DNA from: Candidatus Pelagibacter sp. HTCC7211
Lineage (GTDB): Bacteria > Pseudomonadota > Alphaproteobacteria > Pelagibacterales > Pelagibacteraceae
NCBI RefSeq assembly: GCF_000155895.1
Contig: NZ_DS995298.1
Location: 840,001 to 872,000, forward strand
DNA length: 32,000 nucleotides
Direction of reading: 5' to 3'
A program made the translations under genes and the position numbers. This document shows positions 20,554 through 27,186 of the stretch, one piece after another. Numbering within the stretch: the stretch's first letter is position 1; every line of letters begins with the position of its first letter. Under the pieces are notes generated by a model, which did no database searches, was not told the origin of the DNA, and saw nothing but the letters and a program-made list of their open reading frames with translations.

Positions 20554-21471
20554 ATGAAAAAGTCATATACCGTTGATGCAACGTGTAATGATATGCGTAT
20601 TGATCGCTGGACAAGATTAAAAATTGGCAAAATTCCACAAGGATTAATTGAAAAATATTTTAGGTCTGGAAAAATAAAGATTAATAAAAAAAAAATTAAA
20701 AGCTCAACTAAAGTTAAGACCAATGACGTTATAAGTTTTTTTAATTTAGACTTTAAAGAACAGATAATTCAGAAGAAAATAAAATTTGAACCATCAAAAG
20801 AAATCATTAAATCTAATGAAGATCAAATTATAGATAATAATGAAAATTTTATAGTTTTAAATAAAAGCTCAGGTATCTCTGTTCAAGGTGGAACTAAGTC
20901 AAAAAAAAATTTAGTAGATATTTTTGCTAAGAGTGAAATCTTTCAAGGAACAAAACCATATTCAGTTCATAGATTAGACAAAGACACTTCAGGTGTTTTC
21001 ATAATGGCTAAGACAAGACAATCTGCACAATTGTTAACCTCTTTATTTAGATTACGAAAAGTTCACAAAACATATTTAGCCATCTGTCATGGAGAATTAA
21101 ATAAAGATTCTGGTGAATGGAACGATGATCTTATTCGATATGATGGAGAAAAAAAAATTATAGAAAAGGCAAAAACAATTTATAGAGTTTTAGATAAAAA
21201 TTCAGAAGCAAGTTTAGTTGAATTAAAACCTATTACTGGTCGTAAACATCAACTTAGAAAACAATTATATGCTTTAGGACAACCAATATTTGGTGATATT
21301 AAATATAAATTATCTAATTCCTCAAGAGGTTTAAATAAAAATTTAATGCTTCACTCATATCAGATTAAATTCATCATTGATGATGTTAAACACACTTACA
21401 CAGCTTTACTACCAGATTACTTTAGAAAATTATTAAAGACAAAAAGACTTAAATTTCCAGGTTTGAAATAA
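20554..21471 (+). CDS. RluA-family rRNA pseudouridine synthase with N-terminal S4 domain (RluC/RluD-like)
   Basis: 305 aa. It has an S4-like N-terminus (RIDRW...[10 protein letters not shown]), the catalytic motif [16 protein letters not shown], and TGRKHQLR. I cannot assign the exact subfamily by eye. Confidence 0.85.
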   Translation: MKKSYTVDATCNDMRIDRWTRLKIGKIPQGLIEKYFRSGKIKINKKKIKSSTKVKTNDVISFFNLDFKEQIIQKKIKFEPSKEIIKSNEDQIIDNNENFIVLNKSSGISVQGGTKSKKNLVDIFAKSEIFQGTKPYSVHRLDKDTSGVFIMAKTRQSAQLLTSLFRLRKVHKTYLAICHGELNKDSGEWNDDLIRYDGEKKIIEKAKTIYRVLDKNSEASLVELKPITGRKHQLRKQLYALGQPIFGDIKYKLSNSSRGLNKNLMLHSYQIKFIIDDVKHTYTALLPDYFRKLLKTKRLKFPGLK

Positions 21472-22066
21472 ATTTTTCTATTAATAAATTATCTAAGTTT
21501 GAATAATCATTTTTTGCAATACTAATTAGATTGGTAACACCTTTGTCTTTGACTCCACATGGTATAATTTTTTTATATTGATTAAGATTATTATCTATAT
21601 TTATTGCAAACCCATGATAAGCAATCCATTTTTTTACTCTCACCCCAATTGCTGCAACTTTGTTTACTGTTTTATTTTTTTTATGCCAAATTCCGATATT
21701 ATTTTTGTCTGAAAATGTTTCTATCTTATATTCTTTAAGAGTTTCTATAATTGTTTTTTCTATACAAGAAATAAACTTTCTAATATCTTTTTTTTTTCTT
21801 AAATCTAAAACAAAATAACAGATTAATTGACCCGGAGAATGACAAGTTATTTTACCACCACGATTAGTTTTGATTAAATTAATAGAATTATCTAAAATTT
21901 CATTTTCTTTATAGCTTGTACCAGCTGTAAATATTTCATCATGTTCTAGTATCCAAATAAGTTCCTTATCTTTATTTTTGTATAAATTTTCCAATCTTTT
22001 TTCCAATAAATCTATTGCACTAAAATAATTTATTGGTTTTATTGACTTTTTGATCTCTAGATTCAT
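21449..22066 (-). CDS. lipB: Octanoyltransferase (lipoate-protein ligase B)
   Basis: 205 aa with [42 protein letters not shown] and IIPCG. The 3' end overlaps the convergent pseudouridine synthase gene by 23 nt. Confidence 0.92.
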   Translation of the reverse strand: MNLEIKKSIKPINYFSAIDLLEKRLENLYKNKDKELIWILEHDEIFTAGTSYKENEILDNSINLIKTNRGGKITCHSPGQLICYFVLDLRKKKDIRKFISCIEKTIIETLKEYKIETFSDKNNIGIWHKKNKTVNKVAAIGVRVKKWIAYHGFAINIDNNLNQYKKIIPCGVKDKGVTNLISIAKNDYSNLDNLLIEKFISNLEI

Positions 22067-22126
22067 TTATAAATTGTATTATCTTAATTATCTATTAATA
22101 GTCCAATCTAAATTATAGGTAGATTT
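22067..22126. promoter_or_regulatory. Divergent lipB / mgtE intergenic region (candidate promoters)
   Basis: 60-nt AT-rich spacer. Minus strand: TATAAT (22117..22112) with TTAACT 17 nt upstream (22140..22135, inside mgtE). Plus strand: TTGTAT (22074-22079), 16 nt, then TAATAG (22096-22101), and AGGT 4 nt before the mgtE ATG. These hexamers are common in AT-rich DNA, so support is weak. Confidence 0.25.
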
Positions 22127-23500
22127 ATGTCTTTAGTTAAAAAAATAAAAGATAAAAAAGTAAATTTTGAATTTAATAAAGAATATATAAAAGTTGTAAC
22201 ATCTAAGATTGCTAACAATGATGCTACTTTTATTACAAATTCATTTAAAGAAATGCACCCAGCTGACGCAGCTGATATTATAGAACATCTAAATCAATCT
22301 GATCGAGAGAGTTTAATAAAACTTAATAACTTTAAAATTGATCCTGAAGTTTTTGTTGAACTTAATGAGTCAATTCAGACAGAAATTATTACTTATCTTT
22401 CATCTGACTCAATAGTCTCTATTTTAACTAATCTTGAATCAGATGATGCAATATCAATTTTAGAGAATGTACCTGAAGATGATAAAAATAATATTCTTAG
22501 TTCATTACCTCCCAAAGATCGTTTCGCCCTATTAGAAAGTTTGAGTTATCCAGAAGATACAGCTGCAAGAATAATGCAGCGTGAATTTACGGCAATACCT
22601 AGTAATTGGTCTGTAGGTCAAACAATTGATTATTTGAGAGAAAATAAAGACCTACCAGAAGAATTTTTAGAAATCTTTATTATCAATGAAGAATTCAAAC
22701 CAATTGGTACAGTTCCTTCTTCTCGAGTTTTAACTACATCTAGAGACACGAAAATGCTCTCAATTATGTCTGAGTCTCAATTACTAATACCAGTAGATAT
22801 GGATAAAGAAGAAGTAGCTAACTTATTTGAAAACTATAATTTAAATTCAGCTGCAGTTATCGATAAAAATAATAAGCTTGTTGGAATGATTATGAGTGAT
22901 GACGTTCTAACTGTATTACAAGAAGAAGCTGAAGAGGATGCTTTGAGATTAGCTGGGGTAGGTGACGAAGAAATAACAGATGGGGTAATAACTAAAACTA
23001 AAAGAAGATTTAATTGGCTTTTATTAAATTTATTTACAGCTTTTTTAGCAACTTGGTGCATTAGTTTATTTGGTGCAACAATTGAACAGATGGTGGTATT
23101 AGCTTTTTTGATGCCTATAGTTGCATCAATGGGTGGTAATGCTGGAATGCAAACTCTGGCTGTAACTGTTCGAACAATAGCAACAAATGATTTAACAGAA
23201 AATAATTTTTCATCTAATGTTTTAAAGGAATTTACTATTGGAATTTTAAATGGAATTATTTTTGCAGCTATAAGTGCTTTTATTGTTCAGATATGGTTCC
23301 AAGATAATACTCTTTCAATAATAATTTCAATTTCAATGATATTAACCATGATAATAGCTGGTCTCTTTGGTATTTTAATTCCTGTAACACTTAAAAAAAT
23401 GAATATTGATCCTGCAATTGCATCAAGTGTATTTGTGACAACAATTACTGATGTAATTGGCTTTGTATCTTTTTTAGGTGTAGGTGCATATTTCTTATAA
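22127..23500 (+). CDS. mgtE: Magnesium transporter MgtE
   Basis: 457 aa with the MgtE N-domain (EMHPADAADIIEHL), a CBS-pair region and a C-terminal 5-TM domain (PIVASMGGNAGMQT...VTTITDVIGF). Confidence 0.93.
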   Translation: MSLVKKIKDKKVNFEFNKEYIKVVTSKIANNDATFITNSFKEMHPADAADIIEHLNQSDRESLIKLNNFKIDPEVFVELNESIQTEIITYLSSDSIVSILTNLESDDAISILENVPEDDKNNILSSLPPKDRFALLESLSYPEDTAARIMQREFTAIPSNWSVGQTIDYLRENKDLPEEFLEIFIINEEFKPIGTVPSSRVLTTSRDTKMLSIMSESQLLIPVDMDKEEVANLFENYNLNSAAVIDKNNKLVGMIMSDDVLTVLQEEAEEDALRLAGVGDEEITDGVITKTKRRFNWLLLNLFTAFLATWCISLFGATIEQMVVLAFLMPIVASMGGNAGMQTLAVTVRTIATNDLTENNFSSNVLKEFTIGILNGIIFAAISAFIVQIWFQDNTLSIIISISMILTMIIAGLFGILIPVTLKKMNIDPAIASSVFVTTITDVIGFVSFLGVGAYFL

Positions 23501-23502
23501 AT

Positions 23503-24348
23503 TTAAAAATTATCAATTAATCTGATGTCTTTGAAATAATAAGCTAAAAATATTCTAGAACCTTTATATTTGTTTGATTTAGATAGATTTTTAATACTTC
23601 TATTCTCTAAATATTCAATTTTGATATCAAAAAAATTTTCAATTTCTTTTTTTGATTTTTGTAAAAATTTATTAATTTCTCTTATTTTTTTGATTTTTAT
23701 TTTTAGTTTTAAAAATTTATTCGAAATTTTTTCAACTTGTTTCAATTCTTTTTTTTTAAATAAAAAATTTCTTGAAGATAAGGCCAAATTATTTCTATTT
23801 CTTATTGTTTTGCATCCAATAATTTTTGTATCAAATCTTTTTTCAATAAAATTTTTTACTAAAAAAAATTGTTGAAAATCCTTTTCTCCCATAAATATAT
23901 TTTTAGGCTTAATTTTTTTTGTTAATCTATTCATAACATCTAATACACCCTCAAAGTGTCCTTTTCTAAACTTTGCACAGAGAATTTTGTATTTTTTTTC
24001 AATCTTTATATTTGAACGTTTATTATTTTCATAAATATGCTTAAATTTAGGAATATAGACATAATCTAATTTTTTAATTCTCTTTAAAATTGTTAAATCA
24101 TCCTTAATACTTGAAGGATAAGATTTGAAATCTTTTATGCTATTAAACTGTTTTGGATTAACAAATATACTCACTATAGTTTTTTTGTTTGATTTAATTG
24201 ATTTTTTTATTAGCGAAATATGACCATCATGAATTCCACCCATAGTAGGAACAAACCCAATATCACTAAATGGCCTCAATGTTTTGATTAATGTCTGATT
24301 GTTTAATAAAATTTTCATTTGTATTAAAATATTTAATAAGTAAAACAT
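23503..24348 (-). CDS. panC: Pantoate--beta-alanine ligase (pantothenate synthetase)
   Basis: 281 aa with GFVPTMGGIHDGHISL, SIFVNPKQF, GHFEGV, MGEKDFQQ, LALSSRN and a C-terminal RLIDNF. The start is ambiguous: ATG at 24348, or the internal ATG at 24318 (MKILLNNQ...). Confidence 0.92.
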   Translation of the reverse strand: MFYLLNILIQMKILLNNQTLIKTLRPFSDIGFVPTMGGIHDGHISLIKKSIKSNKKTIVSIFVNPKQFNSIKDFKSYPSSIKDDLTILKRIKKLDYVYIPKFKHIYENNKRSNIKIEKKYKILCAKFRKGHFEGVLDVMNRLTKKIKPKNIFMGEKDFQQFFLVKNFIEKRFDTKIIGCKTIRNRNNLALSSRNFLFKKKELKQVEKISNKFLKLKIKIKKIREINKFLQKSKKEIENFFDIKIEYLENRSIKNLSKSNKYKGSRIFLAYYFKDIRLIDNF

Positions 24349-24352
24349 TTAA

Positions 24353-25168
24353 ATGATTAAACAAGCTATTATTCCTCTAGCTGGACTTGGCACTAGATTG
24401 CTGCCTTTAACTAGTGTGTTTGCTAAAGAACTTTTACCTATAAATGGAAAACCTGGTTTAGAATACATAATAAACGAATGCATTGATGCAGGTATTAAAC
24501 AAATAATCTTCATTATATCAAAAAGAAAGAAGATGATTAAAAAGTATTTTTATAATGATAAATTTTATAAGGAGTTGATTAAAAAGAAGAATGATCCAAG
24601 AGTAATAAAAGAATATAAAAAAATTTTAAAATATAGAAAAATGATTAAGTTTGTTTATCAAAATAAGCCAAAAGGAACTGGTGATGCGGTTCTTAAAACT
24701 AAGAAATATATTAAAGATAAGTATTTCTTAATGTTGTTGCCTGATGATCTAATAATTAAAAAAAACTGTTCTAAATCTATGATTCAAACTCATAATAAAT
24801 TTAAATCCTCAGTAATGGCAAGTATGAGTGTTAATAAGAAAACGGTTTCTAGATGGGGAATTTATAAAATTAATAAAAAATTAAATATAACAGATTATTC
24901 GATCAAAGGTGTTATTGAAAAACCTAAAATAAAAGAAGCGCCTTCCAATAAAGCTGTTATAGGAAGATATATATTGCCTAAAAAAATCTTTACTAAATTG
25001 AGAAAATTGAAACCTAGTAAAGGGGGTGAAATACATATTACAGATGCAATTCAGTTATTAATCAATGATAAAGAAAAATTTATAGCTCATAACTTTACTG
25101 GAAAATATTTAGATTGTGGAACAATGGATGGATATATTAACTCATCGAAGGAAATTGCAAAATTATGA
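24353..25168 (+). CDS. galU: UTP--glucose-1-phosphate uridylyltransferase
   Basis: 271 aa. The N-terminal AIIPLAGLGTRLLPLTSVFAKELLPI is the GalU nucleotidyltransferase signature. KGTGDAV is also present. Confidence 0.9.
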   Translation: MIKQAIIPLAGLGTRLLPLTSVFAKELLPINGKPGLEYIINECIDAGIKQIIFIISKRKKMIKKYFYNDKFYKELIKKKNDPRVIKEYKKILKYRKMIKFVYQNKPKGTGDAVLKTKKYIKDKYFLMLLPDDLIIKKNCSKSMIQTHNKFKSSVMASMSVNKKTVSRWGIYKINKKLNITDYSIKGVIEKPKIKEAPSNKAVIGRYILPKKIFTKLRKLKPSKGGEIHITDAIQLLINDKEKFIAHNFTGKYLDCGTMDGYINSSKEIAKL

Positions 25169-26463
25169 AACTCTGCATGATAGGTACAGGCTATGTAGGT
25201 CTTGTTAGCGGTGTGTGTTTTTCTGACTTAGGAAATATAGTTTATTGTGTGGATAAAGATAAAAAAAAAATTGATTTACTAAATAACGGTATAGTTCCTA
25301 TTTATGAACCTGGTTTAGAAGAAATTTTAAAAAAAAATTATATGCAAAAGAGATTAATTTTTACTTCCGATTTAAAGAAAGCTGTTAAAAATTCTGATAT
25401 TATTTTTATTTGTGTTGGTACCCCTACAAAAAAAAATAGTAATTCTGCTGATTTAAAATATGTATTTAAAGTAGCTAATGAATTAAAAAAAGTAATATCA
25501 AAATATAAAATTATAATTACAAAATCTACAGTACCAGTTACCACTGGAGATAAGATTGAAAAGATTTTAATTAGATTAAAGAATAAAAAGTTAGTTGATG
25601 TCGTATCTAATCCAGAATTTTTAAGAGAGGGTGAAGCTATTAGAGACTTTTCTTATCCTGATAGAGTAATAATTGGCACAGAAAGTAAAAAAGCTAATAG
25701 AATTTTAAAATCACTTTATTCACCTATAATAAAAAAGAATAGTAGATATTTTAACACTTCTAGAAGAGGTGCTGAGTTAATCAAATATGCCTCTAATGCC
25801 TTTTTAGCTACAAAAATTTCATTCATTAATGAATTAGCTAATTTGACGGAAAAGGCTGGTGTTGATATTAAAGATATTTCTTCGGGGATGGGTTCTGATC
25901 AGCGTATTGGAGAAAGATTTTTAAGAGCTGGTCCAGCTTATGGTGGATCTTGCTTTCCAAAAGATACTCGAGCTTTAATTGATACTGCTAAAAAATTTAA
26001 AACCGATTTATCTATTGTTAATAGTGTTGTCACATCTAACGAAAAAAGAAAAGTACTTCTTACAAAAAAACTTGAAAAAATTCTTAAAAATAAACTTAAG
26101 AATAAAGTTATCACTTTTTTAGGTGTTACTTTTAAACCAAATACAGATGATATGCGTGAGGCTTCCAGCATTCCAATGATTAAATATCTAAATAAAAAAG
26201 ATGCTAAAATTAAATATTACGATCCTTCAGGAGAAAAAAATGAATTTAAAAAATTAAAGAATGTTAGATATTGCAAAGATATTTTCTCTGCATGTCTAAA
26301 GAGTGATTTAATTGTTTTACATACAGAATGGAATGATTTTAAATTTTTAGATTTCAAAAAAATCGTAAAACAAGATAATTTTAAAATTTTTGATATGAGA
26401 AATATATATTCTCCAGCGAAAATGAAAAATCAGAAAATTAACTACTTTTCTATAGGAAGATAA
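25165..26463 (+). CDS. ugd: UDP-glucose 6-dehydrogenase
   Basis: 432 aa with Rossmann N-terminus MIGTGYVGLVSG, NPEFLREG, and the catalytic-Cys motif GGSCFPKD. ATGA overlap with galU. Confidence 0.93.
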   Translation: MKLCMIGTGYVGLVSGVCFSDLGNIVYCVDKDKKKIDLLNNGIVPIYEPGLEEILKKNYMQKRLIFTSDLKKAVKNSDIIFICVGTPTKKNSNSADLKYVFKVANELKKVISKYKIIITKSTVPVTTGDKIEKILIRLKNKKLVDVVSNPEFLREGEAIRDFSYPDRVIIGTESKKANRILKSLYSPIIKKNSRYFNTSRRGAELIKYASNAFLATKISFINELANLTEKAGVDIKDISSGMGSDQRIGERFLRAGPAYGGSCFPKDTRALIDTAKKFKTDLSIVNSVVTSNEKRKVLLTKKLEKILKNKLKNKVITFLGVTFKPNTDDMREASSIPMIKYLNKKDAKIKYYDPSGEKNEFKKLKNVRYCKDIFSACLKSDLIVLHTEWNDFKFLDFKKIVKQDNFKIFDMRNIYSPAKMKNQKINYFSIGR

Positions 26464-26466
26464 ATA

Positions 26467-26928
26467 TTAATTTAATTCAAAAATCGCATCAACTTCAACC
26501 GATACACCTAACGGAAGACTGTTAGTGCTTACTGCTGCTCTAGTATGCATTCCTGCTTCACCAAATATCGAAGCTATCAAGTCTGATGCCCCATTAATCA
26601 CTTTTGGTTGTTCTGTAAAATCATCTGTTGAATTAACAAATCCAGTTAGCTTAATACATGATTTAACTTTAGAAAAGTCATCTTCACATGCTTTTTTAAC
26701 TTGAGCAACAATACTTAACCCGCATCTTTCTGCAGCTTTATAGGCTTCTTCCGTGTTAAGATCTTTACCAACTTTTCCTTTAATTAGCTCTCCATTTGAA
26801 GTCATTGAAATTTGTCCAGAAACATAAAGTAATTTACCAGAAACTTTTGTTGCAACATAAGAGCCAACTGGAGATTTTGCTTCTGGTAGTTCTATTTTCA
26901 ATTCTTTTATTTTTTCTTCAAAACTCAT
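26467..26928 (-). CDS. RidA/YjgF/UK114-family protein
   Basis: 153 aa with LLYVSGQ and a C-terminal HTRAAVSTNSLPLGVSVEVDAIFEL, typical of the Rid family. Subfamily is not assignable by eye. Confidence 0.85.
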   Translation of the reverse strand: MSFEEKIKELKIELPEAKSPVGSYVATKVSGKLLYVSGQISMTSNGELIKGKVGKDLNTEEAYKAAERCGLSIVAQVKKACEDDFSKVKSCIKLTGFVNSTDDFTEQPKVINGASDLIASIFGEAGMHTRAAVSTNSLPLGVSVEVDAIFELN

Positions 26929-26931
26929 TTA

Positions 26932-27186
26932 TTAATCCTTTTTTTTAAACTTATTAGTAATTTTATTTTTTGTTTCGCTTAATTTCATTTTTATCTTTTT
27001 TGTTTTATTTGATGTATTTTTCTTTAAATCAGATGCTTTTTCAATAGTTTTTTCCTTAATATTAATAGTACTACATTTTATAAATTCCTTTGAAAGTTTT
27101 TTCATTCCTGCACATTTATTTTCTTCTGATTTTACTGGAATAGTGAAGAAATATAGGATGAAAAATATTGAACCTAAAATTTTCAT
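26932..27186 (-). CDS. Hypothetical small secreted, Lys-rich protein (84 aa)
   Basis: Signal-peptide-like N-terminus MKILGSIFFILYFFTIPVKS, then a highly basic segment with 2 Cys. ATGA overlap with the topA stop and a 3-nt gap to the ridA-like start suggest real co-translation. I recognise no homology. Confidence 0.55.
   Translation of the reverse strand: MKILGSIFFILYFFTIPVKSEENKCAGMKKLSKEFIKCSTINIKEKTIEKASDLKKNTSNKTKKIKMKLSETKNKITNKFKKKD

Noticed and set aside
22067-22126. Looked for an M-box (ykoK) Mg2+ riboswitch upstream of mgtE.
   Set aside because: The whole spacer is 60 nt and almost purely A/T. That is far too short and unstructured for the roughly 160-nt M-box.
25261-25270. Homopolymer tracts as possible phase-variation or slippage sites: A10 in ugd, A9 and T8 in rplR (15252-15260, 15270-15277), and T-runs at the topA 3' end.
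   Set aside because: They encode in-frame Lys or Phe runs in essential or housekeeping genes. They are the expected result of extreme AT bias, and nothing suggests contingency-locus behaviour.
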